From sequence record PQ724392.1: a stretch of DNA of 64,000 nucleotides; one strand, given 5' to 3'. This document shows, piece after piece, positions 37,432-44,896 of the stretch (position 1 is the first letter of the stretch; every line of letters starts with the position of its first letter). This stretch comes from a phage. The position numbers and the translations under genes are program-made. Below the pieces are notes generated by a model, which was given only the letters and a program-made list of their open reading frames with translations, ran no database searches and was not told where the DNA came from.

Positions 37432-37573
37432 AATGTTTTCCTCTTACCGACTAATGGACCATCAGGAACTTTATTTTCCTTGATGTACTTTTCGTTTTCT
37501 TCCATCATTTTACTGCCAATTTTCAAAAGCAAATCCAGTGCTTCTTTTGCTCGGCGTTCAGCATCTTCTTGTG

Positions 37574-37768
37574 TCATGATTTATCTCCGTAGATATCACG
37601 CATCAGTTTAAGCGCTGCTCGTTCAGTCTTCTTTTCCTGCATGGCTTTAAGCCCGTTAACGGCCCATTCTTCGGCTTCACGTTGCATTTCTTCCTCGGCC
37701 CTGGCTACCCAGGAATCATCAATCCCTGGAGTAACCAACCAATCTTTAAGCCAACTTGTAATTCTCAT
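37574..37768 (-). CDS. hypothetical protein
   Basis: 64-aa ORF, co-oriented. Confidence 0.4.
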   Translation of the reverse strand: MRITSWLKDWLVTPGIDDSWVARAEEEMQREAEEWAVNGLKAMQEKKTERAALKLMRDIYGDKS

Positions 37769-38122
37769 TTAATCACACGAGCTGGAAGACGAATCACAGC
37801 TTCCCGAATCATAGGAGGAATAAGACGAATCACCGGTCCACGAACTAACTGCGGCGGCGGTGACCACAATCGAAGTAGTATCGATACTGCTTCGCGCTTG
37901 GGCTTGGGCTTGGGCTCTTTGTTCTTGCAGTCGAGTTAAACGTTTTTGTAGGTCTTCTTCTGACATTGTAGAATATAGGTCTTTTGATTTCGATTTGACC
38001 ACTTCTTCCATCATGCCGTCACCCATGTAAACATATTCTCTTAGCTTAACATCCGGCAGGCTAACCGGAACCACACCTTCACCAGGTTTAGTCTTGAATA
38101 AATTCTTGAGCCAACTAATCAT
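37769..38122 (-). CDS. hypothetical protein with Ser-rich C-terminus
   Basis: 117-aa ORF; C-terminal SSYSSYDSGSCDSSSSSCD. Confidence 0.45.
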   Translation of the reverse strand: MISWLKNLFKTKPGEGVVPVSLPDVKLREYVYMGDGMMEEVVKSKSKDLYSTMSEEDLQKRLTRLQEQRAQAQAQARSSIDTTSIVVTAAAVSSWTGDSSYSSYDSGSCDSSSSSCD

Positions 38123-38316
38123 AGGAAACCTCGTTTAAATTCAACTTGACCATCATCATAACGGATTTCAATATTGAATTCTAAAGAGTCATCGTCATGC
38201 ATCATGAATGAATGTACGATAACTTCATCAAACACACCCAGACCATACTTAAAATGGACATCATGAGCAATAATTTCATCTAAAGCTTTGTTTGGTTTAA
38301 TCCAACGGTTTAACAT
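38119..38316 (-). CDS. hypothetical protein
   Basis: 65-aa ORF overlapping its neighbour by 4 nt. Confidence 0.4.
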   Translation of the reverse strand: MLNRWIKPNKALDEIIAHDVHFKYGLGVFDEVIVHSFMMHDDDSLEFNIEIRYDDGQVEFKRGFL

Positions 38317-38360
38317 AGTATTCTCCTCTGTAATTGAAATAATTATACCGCTTCTATTAA

Positions 38361-38388
38361 AAGCAAAAAGGGAACCCGAAGGTTCCCT
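38361..38388 (-). terminator. rho-independent terminator after soc
   Basis: minus strand GGGAACC-TTCG-GGTTCCC followed by TTTTTGCTTTT. Confidence 0.7.
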
Positions 38389-38392
38389 ATAA

Positions 38393-38626
38393 TTAAACTA
38401 CTGGGGTAGGCGTAAACATCGCCGCGTTCTTAGTTCGCCAATCAGCTGCACTAGACGCTACGGTGACATAAGCGGCCTTTTCGGAAGGAAAAGTCTGATA
38501 GTGTGCATTCGCAATACGATGCTCATTTGAATAGATTTCAAACGGAACAGATACTTCAACACCTTTAACTTCTTTACCTTCACCAGCTGGATGCGTAAAG
38601 GTTTTGATATTAACGAAACCACCCAT
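38393..38626 (-). CDS. soc: small outer capsid protein Soc
   Basis: 77-aa ORF; G.VNIKTF........K...G.E.SV.F..YS......A.AHYQTFPSEKAAY.TV matches recalled T4 Soc; late promoter TATAAATA upstream and terminator downstream. Confidence 0.85.
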   Translation of the reverse strand: MGGFVNIKTFTHPAGEGKEVKGVEVSVPFEIYSNEHRIANAHYQTFPSEKAAYVTVASSAADWRTKNAAMFTPTPVV

Positions 38627-38657
38627 AATTAACTCCTTTGTTGTTTAATTACGGGTG

Positions 38658-38665
38658 TATTTATA
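38658..38665 (-). promoter_or_regulatory. late promoter (TATAAATA) for soc
   Basis: exact TATAAATA on the minus strand ~30 nt upstream of the soc ATG. Confidence 0.6.
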
Positions 38666-38667
38666 AC

Positions 38668-39186
38668 TTAATAACCCCGGTCCTGACGAGCAAAGTTCTC
38701 AGCGTTTTTCAGGTAATACAATTTAAAGATTTCTTCTGCAGTCAGTCCAAGGCCATGGAACATGTTCAGAACAAAGTGCAGGATATCAATCATCTCAAAT
38801 TTAATTTCGAGCTGGTCTTCGGGAGACAACTCATCAATACGACGATTACGGAATTCAGCATGTTGGACTTTCCATGGTTTCCATACACTAGATGCAGCTT
38901 TCTCGCCATTAGACATACCACCGAGAGAAGTCAGAAGTTCACGGAATTCGTCGTCGACATAATCTTTCTGGTTACGAAGCCATGCAACAACATCACCTGC
39001 AGTAGTCAATTCATCTGGATGTGAGTTATATTCTGGTTTTTCAGTAGCCAGACGAACTTGCAATGATTTCTGCATATCAAGCATAATCTGCAGCGGGTCA
39101 GTACCTTTTGTAATCGCATTGTCATAAGCTTCTTCAGCTTTATCAACACCAGCAATCAGTTGGGAACACTCGTTAAAATGAGCCAT
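38668..39186 (-). CDS. 56: dCTP pyrophosphatase gp56 (MazG-like)
   Basis: 172 aa from ATG with AAGGAAA SD; MAHFNEC..L..GVDKA, DPLQ.MLDMQ, ETAGDVV.W.R.QKD..DDEFRELLTSLG, SPEDQLEIKFE..D..HFVLNMF.GLG..AEEIFKLYYLKN.ENFARQD.GY match recalled T4 gp56. Confidence 0.9.
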   Translation of the reverse strand: MAHFNECSQLIAGVDKAEEAYDNAITKGTDPLQIMLDMQKSLQVRLATEKPEYNSHPDELTTAGDVVAWLRNQKDYVDDEFRELLTSLGGMSNGEKAASSVWKPWKVQHAEFRNRRIDELSPEDQLEIKFEMIDILHFVLNMFHGLGLTAEEIFKLYYLKNAENFARQDRGY

Positions 39187-39271
39187 TATATTTTTCCTTA
39201 TCAATTCATGTTATTTTGTATGTTAATTATATCATATTGGGTTGAAGCATAAATACACGGAAGGAGGATAT

Positions 39272-39469
39272 ATGCTCAAACTATCTAGTCTAATTCAAGC
39301 CATCAAAGGCAGTCGTAAGCGAACGATTCTGGTCCTTTCGATACTCTGTTTAGTTCTACTCTGGAACTTCGTTGTTGCCCCTGTTGCATTGACACATGGT
39401 GTTATATTACCAGTCATTGCACTCGAATCGGTTGTAGATGTTTCACTGGCATTAATCGGCCTTATATAG
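39272..39469 (+). CDS. small hydrophobic protein on the opposite strand (65 aa)
   Basis: ATG preceded by AAGGAGG; two predicted TM segments (ILVLSILCLVLLWNFVVAPVAL, VILPVIALESVVDVSLALIGLI); terminator hairpin downstream; only plus-strand gene among minus-strand early genes. Confidence 0.4.
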   Translation: MLKLSSLIQAIKGSRKRTILVLSILCLVLLWNFVVAPVALTHGVILPVIALESVVDVSLALIGLI

Positions 39470-39528
39470 GTGGAACTATGTGAACATTATTCTATCAGAT
39501 TTGGAAATTAACCAGTAAGAAAGACAAG

Positions 39529-39565
39529 AAACATCATGGGCTAAAAAGTCCATGATGTTTTTCTG
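39529..39565. terminator. bidirectional rho-independent terminator between gene 61 and the plus-strand small ORF
   Basis: 11-bp stem AAACATCATGG / CCATGATGTTT with 10-nt loop, T-runs on both strands. Confidence 0.65.
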
Positions 39566-39587
39566 TGGAACTTACCGGAATCCCTTC

Positions 39588-40616
39588 CTAAACTTTTGCG
39601 TACTTCGAAAGTCGCATTCTCGCCATCAACCCTTGAGCAACGTTATCGGCCATATATGATTCGATTTGTTCAGGGGTTGCGCCCTCCGATTTAACCATCT
39701 CATTTATGTCTTTCGTATGCCATGGTGCATTGTCCCAGAACATAACGGCTTCACCCGCTTCAACGAGCTTCTTCATACGTTTAATCGTATCCGGATGTCT
39801 TGGCTCGTTGTCCATTACCCATACTCGGGTTTCAGCATAAGGAACGGCTTCCAATGCTAATGTTCCACCAGTTATCGCAATGCTGTTAGGGATAAACAAA
39901 CTATCAATCGGACCTTCCATTACCCACACGCGCTTGCGCTCATCAATCTTGTCTACGCCATAGACTTTGGAAGCTTCTGGGTGAGCTTTGATTGTGATAT
40001 ATTTTTGTGGTGCATCTTTGCGAAGAGCTCGTCCTTGGAAAGATTCGATTTCTTTTTTGCCGTTGAAGATAGGAATAACCAAGCGTGGTTCATTCGTTTC
40101 ATTCTTATACGTCCCAGGATTAACGGAGTTAACTAATGCAGGCCATTTGTTTGTAAACCATAACCGGTTCCAAACATTGCTCGGAATACACCGACTTTTT
40201 ACATACTTAACTATCGGATGCGCTTCTGGTAAAGTATCGATTCTTTCGCAAAAAGCAAGCTCTTCAATAACCGGAGTTTTTTCTTGTTCTTTCGGAGCTT
40301 CTGCAACTTCATTACGTTGTCGACCGAAGGCGTTTTCCTTGTACTTCTCAACCATATATTCCCGGTGCAAATCCGGCTCAAACTCTTTTATGTATTTGCT
40401 TATATGCGTGGAGTAGTCACAGTTAAAACATTTCACGTAAACCGCACCATCAGATGGATTGGTATACGCCCAGAATCGAGCCTTGTGTGAATCTTTCTGG
40501 GAGTCACCACAAACCTTACAACGACAGTTTGCCTTAAATGTGCTCCCGGTGACTTCTCTGTAACGTGGTTGATACGATAAAGCTTTGACTGCAAATTCTC
40601 TATCAATATATGACAT
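39588..40616 (-). CDS. 61: DNA primase gp61
   Basis: 342-aa ORF; N-terminal zinc ribbon (CRCKVCGDS....C.NCDYS) and TOPRIM core; same length as T4 gp61. Confidence 0.9.
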   Translation of the reverse strand: MSYIDREFAVKALSYQPRYREVTGSTFKANCRCKVCGDSQKDSHKARFWAYTNPSDGAVYVKCFNCDYSTHISKYIKEFEPDLHREYMVEKYKENAFGRQRNEVAEAPKEQEKTPVIEELAFCERIDTLPEAHPIVKYVKSRCIPSNVWNRLWFTNKWPALVNSVNPGTYKNETNEPRLVIPIFNGKKEIESFQGRALRKDAPQKYITIKAHPEASKVYGVDKIDERKRVWVMEGPIDSLFIPNSIAITGGTLALEAVPYAETRVWVMDNEPRHPDTIKRMKKLVEAGEAVMFWDNAPWHTKDINEMVKSEGATPEQIESYMADNVAQGLMARMRLSKYAKV

Positions 40617-40648
40617 AGTTTCCTCATTTCAATGGCCTCGGAGGACCA

Positions 40649-40816
40649 TTATACTGTAGGTTTATCGTCTTTATTCTTACGCTTTTTTGATGGGATTTGT
40701 TCAGGGCCTTTATTGACAACTGCCCCGGAAGTGGTACCTGTTGCGATATTAGTTGGGTTTCCACCTGCATCACCGGCAACCATATCTTCATTGATAAAAT
40801 CTTTGAATGTTTTCAT
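40649..40816 (-). CDS. small hypothetical protein (55 aa)
   Basis: ATG with AAAGGGGGTG SD; late-promoter-like TATAAATA 17 nt upstream; hand-translated MKTFKDFINEDMVAGDAGGNPTNIATG... Confidence 0.4.
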   Translation of the reverse strand: MKTFKDFINEDMVAGDAGGNPTNIATGTTSGAVVNKGPEQIPSKKRKNKDDKPTV

Positions 40817-40832
40817 AACACCCCCTTTCCGC

Positions 40833-40840
40833 TATTTATA
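40833..40840 (-). promoter_or_regulatory. late-promoter-like TATAAATA upstream of small ORF 40649-40816
   Basis: exact TATAAATA on minus strand 17 nt upstream of the ATG. Confidence 0.45.
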
Positions 40841-41027
40841 CAATGAAGATAGCTTTATTGCCATTTGCATCAGTCACTTCATAGGTGTCTTCATGATACA
40901 ACGGAATAATCCAGGTAACACCATCATCAGCGATAACATGGATTGCTTCTTGGTCTTGCGACACGATTTCATATTCTTCAAAAATCTGGAAGACCGAAAT
41001 CTTAGAGCCCGTACACATTGCAGTCAT
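40836..41027 (-). CDS. hypothetical protein
   Basis: 63-aa ORF, co-oriented. Confidence 0.45.
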   Translation of the reverse strand: MTAMCTGSKISVFQIFEEYEIVSQDQEAIHVIADDGVTWIIPLYHEDTYEVTDANGNKAIFIV

Positions 41028-41069
41028 ATTAACCTCGCTTCATGAAGGCATTAAAAATCTGGTCATCAA
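41025..41069 (-). repeat. 45-bp direct repeat, copy 1 (gene junction cassette)
   Basis: catattaacctcgcttcatgaaggcattaaaaatctggtcatcaa; 42/45 identical to copy at 41386-41430. Confidence 0.8.
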
Positions 41070-41388
41070 TATCAGTAGGCAGTTCTTGAGCTTTAACCCA
41101 AGCCCCTTCCAGAATGTCATTTGCTTCAGTAGATATCATGACCCCAATTTCAGGGTTTCCGGTTATCCATGCTGCACAATCGCGTACATTCTTTTTATCA
41201 AATGGATAGCCACGAGTATCTTCATAAGGTCCACTCATTACCATAAATGAGCGAGCCTTTATAATAACATCATCTTTAACGATAATATAACCAATCGCCT
41301 GATTAAACCGAGGCTCACGAAATTCATAACGGGCATTACCATTATTATTGCTCACCAGTTCAAAATTCAGAAAATTATAATAACTCAT
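41029..41388 (-). CDS. hypothetical protein (shares C-terminal tail DDQIFNAFMKR with next gene)
   Basis: 119-aa ORF; 3' end lies in a 45-bp direct repeat. Confidence 0.5.
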   Translation of the reverse strand: MSYYNFLNFELVSNNNGNARYEFREPRFNQAIGYIIVKDDVIIKARSFMVMSGPYEDTRGYPFDKKNVRDCAAWITGNPEIGVMISTEANDILEGAWVKAQELPTDIDDQIFNAFMKRG

Positions 41389-41430
41389 ATTAATCTCGCT
41401 TCATGAAGGCATTAAAAATTTGGTCGTCAA
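41386..41430 (-). repeat. 45-bp direct repeat, copy 2 (gene junction cassette)
   Basis: catattaatctcgcttcatgaaggcattaaaaatttggtcgtcaa. Confidence 0.8.
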
Positions 41431-41830
41431 CTGAATATACAGGGGTTTCCAGAAGTTTCAAAAGACTGTTTTTAATGTACTTACCCGGGATACCCATATT
41501 AACAATACTGTCATTCAATTCATTATCAGGGTTGATGTCTTTAAATTCAAACCCATCAAATTCAACCTTGTCAGGAATACCATCAGCGAAAAAATAAACC
41601 AATTGGTGCATTGTATTGCGCGAAAATAATTTAGACTTGACCGCAATAAGTTCTTGCCAATGGTTTAATTCTTTGTTAAGAAGTTTATGAGCAAACGTAA
41701 TTCTATTATCACTATCAACAAGAAAATAACCCAGGTATTGAATGGGGTCGTCGCTCCAAAACATCCTGTATGCTTGTGCATTTTGATTTTTACAACGAAG
41801 TTTTTTGATAACTAAATTTCTGTTAATCAT
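41390..41830 (-). CDS. hypothetical protein (shares C-terminal tail DDQIFNAFMKR with previous gene)
   Basis: 147 aa from internal ATG immediately after the sp stop; 3' end lies in second copy of the 45-bp repeat. Confidence 0.45.
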   Translation of the reverse strand: MINRNLVIKKLRCKNQNAQAYRMFWSDDPIQYLGYFLVDSDNRITFAHKLLNKELNHWQELIAVKSKLFSRNTMHQLVYFFADGIPDKVEFDGFEFKDINPDNELNDSIVNMGIPGKYIKNSLLKLLETPVYSVDDQIFNAFMKRD

Positions 41831-41831
41831 T

Positions 41832-42125
41832 TTATTCACCTGTAACCCATTGAACAATTTTGCTATTGTCAAATGAAGCATCGCAATACAGAACATAGTT
41901 ATACTGCATAACGCCACCAGAAGTCAATTGGTCAGATACTTCTTTAACCATATCAGGGCGGTCACGTTTAGTTATGTTCATGATATCAGCATAAATCTGG
42001 TGTTCAACATCAGTCTGGTCAGCAGTCATAGACCACTCACAAAGGTCTTTATCAAGTCCAGCGGTGACAGGTGCTGTGCCACAAGATGCTACGGCAAAAA
42101 TTGCTGCGATAATTAACTTTTTCAT
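41832..42125 (-). CDS. sp: spackle-like secreted protein (superinfection exclusion / lysozyme inhibitor)
   Basis: 97-aa ORF with N-terminal signal peptide MKKLIIAAIFAVASCG; size and position between 61 and 41 as for T4 sp (61.3). Confidence 0.6.
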   Translation of the reverse strand: MKKLIIAAIFAVASCGTAPVTAGLDKDLCEWSMTADQTDVEHQIYADIMNITKRDRPDMVKEVSDQLTSGGVMQYNYVLYCDASFDNSKIVQWVTGE

Positions 42126-42153
42126 AATGTTCTCCTCAGTAGTTGATAAGGAT

Positions 42154-42182
42154 AATATACTGCATTATTCCCTTATTGTACA
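42154..42182 (-). promoter_or_regulatory. T4-type early promoter upstream of sp
   Basis: minus strand GTGTACA - 17 nt - TATATT, then conserved leader ATCAACTACTGAGGAG. Confidence 0.45.
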
Positions 42183-42183
42183 C

Positions 42184-42525
42184 TTATTTTTCACCTTCAA
42201 CTGAAAAACCGGTCAAGTTGTAATATTCAGCACGTGCAATATGAAGAGCTGCTTCAATATCAGTAAGGCAGATTTCTTCATTTAACAGTTGCGCTTCAAC
42301 GGTCAAAATCAGATTACGCAATGCGGTACCCTTACGCATGTCTACTTTATGAATTAGCTTGTCATCAACAAAAGCTTCAACCAGCGCATTATAGTTATCA
42401 GCAGTCTTCTGGACATACCAGTGAATACCTGCGGGGTGGAACATGCTAGAACGTTCAAAAGATGGTACACCAACAGCACTCACTTTGATTGTTACTTTTA
42501 CGCGGTCTTCTGGATTAAAATCCAT
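42184..42525 (-). CDS. Dmd-like paralogue
   Basis: 113-aa ORF; segment MF....W.VQ.....NYNALVEAFVDDK......R aligns with the Dmd core (NNALVKAFVNDNKVFEYDYR) of the adjacent gene. Confidence 0.5.
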   Translation of the reverse strand: MDFNPEDRVKVTIKVSAVGVPSFERSSMFHPAGIHWYVQKTADNYNALVEAFVDDKLIHKVDMRKGTALRNLILTVEAQLLNEEICLTDIEAALHIARAEYYNLTGFSVEGEK

Positions 42526-42738
42526 TTAGATTTCCTCAGATAAGTGGATGCGATAATCATATTCAAAAACTTTATTGTCATTAACAAAGGCTTTCACCAG
42601 CGCATTATTCACTTCCGCATACTGCACTGTAACCCATTCAATCATATTTTGGTCACTAACATCCAACATGGTTTCTTTGGTAAACATATTACCATTTTCA
42701 AACCAACCAATAAATACTACGTTCTCTAATTTATACAT
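42526..42738 (-). CDS. dmd: Dmd antitoxin (inhibitor of RnlA/LsoA-type toxins)
   Basis: 70-aa ORF; VVF.GWF.N..MFTKE........W.T.QYAEVN.ALVKAF..D.KV.E.D.R matches recalled T4 Dmd (60 aa); location between 61 and 41. Confidence 0.7.
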   Translation of the reverse strand: MYKLENVVFIGWFENGNMFTKETMLDVSDQNMIEWVTVQYAEVNNALVKAFVNDNKVFEYDYRIHLSEEI

Positions 42739-43056
42739 TTAGATTTCCTCGCAGAAGGCCCAGGCAGCGTGATAAACTGTTGCGCCTTTAGTATCATTTA
42801 AACAAACCACGTCAACCGGTGCAATCACACGATAAAGACGGGGTTCTCCTCCATATGAGCGAGCTGCTCTTCCTGCATAGATACGCGCCAAACCAATATC
42901 TTCAGTAAAAAACACACGCCCTAAATTTTTCTTACGTCCAACTTCTGACAGAACACCAGTTGCATCAGGAGGACAAAGCATATTTTGGATTCCAGCATTA
43001 GAGCTTGACCCATGATAATAAACTTTGTATTCTGCCTTGCAATCAATGGTTTTCAT
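42739..43056 (-). CDS. hypothetical small protein with H-G-S / Y / E motif arrangement
   Basis: 105-aa ORF between dmd and gene 41, a position I recall as empty in T4; YYHGSSS, ARIYAGRAARSY, GGEPRLY. Confidence 0.45.
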   Translation of the reverse strand: MKTIDCKAEYKVYYHGSSSNAGIQNMLCPPDATGVLSEVGRKKNLGRVFFTEDIGLARIYAGRAARSYGGEPRLYRVIAPVDVVCLNDTKGATVYHAAWAFCEEI

Positions 43057-43094
43057 TTTATTCTCCAGTAGTTGATAGGGTCATTATAACATAA

Positions 43095-43119
43095 GAAAAA
43101 GGGGCTGTAAGCCCCTTTT
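43095..43119 (-). terminator. rho-independent terminator after gene 41
   Basis: minus strand GGGGC-TTACA-GCCCC followed by TTTTTCTT; a TATAAT -10 follows immediately. Confidence 0.65.
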
Positions 43120-43127
43120 AAAATATT

Positions 43128-44567
43128 TTAAAATTTCATTTGAGCAGCAAGGTCGTCCAGGTCGCTCCTGTTGACCCTGGTTTGTCGATTCATTTCAGCC
43201 TGGCGATTCATCTCACCGGTGGCTTCTTTAACCGTAGGACCTTGTTTAGGAGCTGAATCATCATCAACCTCATACCAGCGCTGATTACCTTTCTTAACAC
43301 CCATCTTGAATTTATTATAGTAGTTCTTATCACCATAACGAGACTTAAGCTGTTTGATTAACTGCAGCCCCATTTGAGCGAATTCTTCGGTCTCAACAAC
43401 ACCCAACATAAAGTCAGCTGTATGAGCAATACCAAAGGATTCTGCGATATCAGCCATATCAATCTCAGCTGCAACGTTCGCGCCCCTGGTTGTCTGCGCT
43501 GCAGTCCACAGGACCACATTTTTCTCGACTGCCAGACCACGAAGTTCTTCTGCAACCATCTTAATCAGACCGTAACTATTTTCGGTAAACGTTTTCAGTC
43601 TTGAGCTCGCACAGATTGCCAGGTAGTCAACAATAATCACATCCGGCACAAACCCTTGCTTCAGCTTGTACTCGTTCAGTAATGCACGGAAGGTGTCCGC
43701 ATGAGCACCGCCAGTTGGATATTGTTTTATTTTCAGAGTCCCAAGAGTCCCGGAAGCACGCCATTTTTCCATCTTAGCTTTATATTCTGCCCATGATATA
43801 TGACCTTCATCAATATCATCCAGAGACACATCCAGCAAGTTGGCATCAATACGTTTGGCACATACTTCTTCGGCCATTTCCATGCTTATATAAAGCACGT
43901 TATGACCAGTCTGAAGATAGTCAGCGGCTAACGAACAAAGTCCTAGAGATTTCCCGACGTTGGTCCCAGCCAGTAAAACGTTTTCTGTACCATACTCAAC
44001 TCCACCCTTCGTGATTTTATTCAGGATGTTAATGCGGAACGGAACCTTTTTCGATTTGTTCAGATAAGTCTGGAATCGAGCTTCGTAATCGTTTAACCAG
44101 TCATGGCCCAGTGCAGAGTCAAAACAGATGGACAATGCATCACGCATGATGTCAGGGATAGCACCGATATCCGGGATTCGTTTATCACGTTTATCTTTCG
44201 GAAGTTCGGCATTACTCTGGATTTCGATAATCCTGGATGTGGCATTGAACATCGCAGACTTCTGTACATACTTCTCGGTTTCTCTGACCAACCATTCCTG
44301 GTCTTCTGGAGTATCGGCCAGGACTCCTAAGAGTTTCTTTGTGCCTTCGTATTCAACTTCAGAAAGGTCAGAACTGTCGAGCGCGATATCAAGTGCAGTC
44401 TTAGTTGGCACCGCCTGATATTCTTTTACGTGTTCGTTAATCGTATTAAAAAGGGTCTTCGCTGGACCCTTTTCAAAATATGTGCTATTCAGATATGGCC
44501 AGACTTTAACAAAATATTCCTTGTTAAAGAGTAGCTGGGATAAAATAGTTTCTACCACTTCCACCAC
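43128..44567 (-). CDS. 41: replicative DNA helicase gp41 (DnaB family)
   Basis: 479-aa ORF; Walker A AGTNVGKS, Walker B IIVDYL, arginine-finger region; length as T4 gp41. Confidence 0.9.
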   Translation of the reverse strand: MVEVVETILSQLLFNKEYFVKVWPYLNSTYFEKGPAKTLFNTINEHVKEYQAVPTKTALDIALDSSDLSEVEYEGTKKLLGVLADTPEDQEWLVRETEKYVQKSAMFNATSRIIEIQSNAELPKDKRDKRIPDIGAIPDIMRDALSICFDSALGHDWLNDYEARFQTYLNKSKKVPFRINILNKITKGGVEYGTENVLLAGTNVGKSLGLCSLAADYLQTGHNVLYISMEMAEEVCAKRIDANLLDVSLDDIDEGHISWAEYKAKMEKWRASGTLGTLKIKQYPTGGAHADTFRALLNEYKLKQGFVPDVIIVDYLAICASSRLKTFTENSYGLIKMVAEELRGLAVEKNVVLWTAAQTTRGANVAAEIDMADIAESFGIAHTADFMLGVVETEEFAQMGLQLIKQLKSRYGDKNYYNKFKMGVKKGNQRWYEVDDDSAPKQGPTVKEATGEMNRQAEMNRQTRVNRSDLDDLAAQMKF

Positions 44568-44896
44568 CTCTTTTTCATTTTAATCTTATCAATTTCATCT
44601 TGTATTTGCATTGTAACACACTTTTCTACATGCACTGCAAGCTCCGCTTTGCGGTCTTCAGAAGGGGTGCCGAAATCAACTGAAACTTTTCCCGATGGTT
44701 CAATTTTAATTCCGGTTACGTACACAATGTGATTGGACCCATCAGGGAGTGATAACAGAATTTCCTGCCGTACAGTTCCCATGGATTGCCGGATAATCTC
44801 CAAACTTTTTTCGTAGTAAGGTACAGAAGGAGCCTTAGCTCCCTCCGCATCTTTCTCGAAATTATCTAAATCAGATAAATCGATATCATTCATCAA
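44552..44896 (-). CDS. 40: head vertex assembly chaperone gp40 (by position)
   Basis: 114-aa ORF between uvsX and 41 as in T4; C-terminal basic/hydrophobic tail KMKKRWWKW; sequence identity not verifiable. Confidence 0.55.
   Translation of the reverse strand: MMNDIDLSDLDNFEKDAEGAKAPSVPYYEKSLEIIRQSMGTVRQEILLSLPDGSNHIVYVTGIKIEPSGKVSVDFGTPSEDRKAELAVHVEKCVTMQIQDEIDKIKMKKRWWKW

Noticed and set aside
40632-41045. 137-aa plus-strand ORF
   Set aside because: Antisense to the 61.x-position small genes; no start context.
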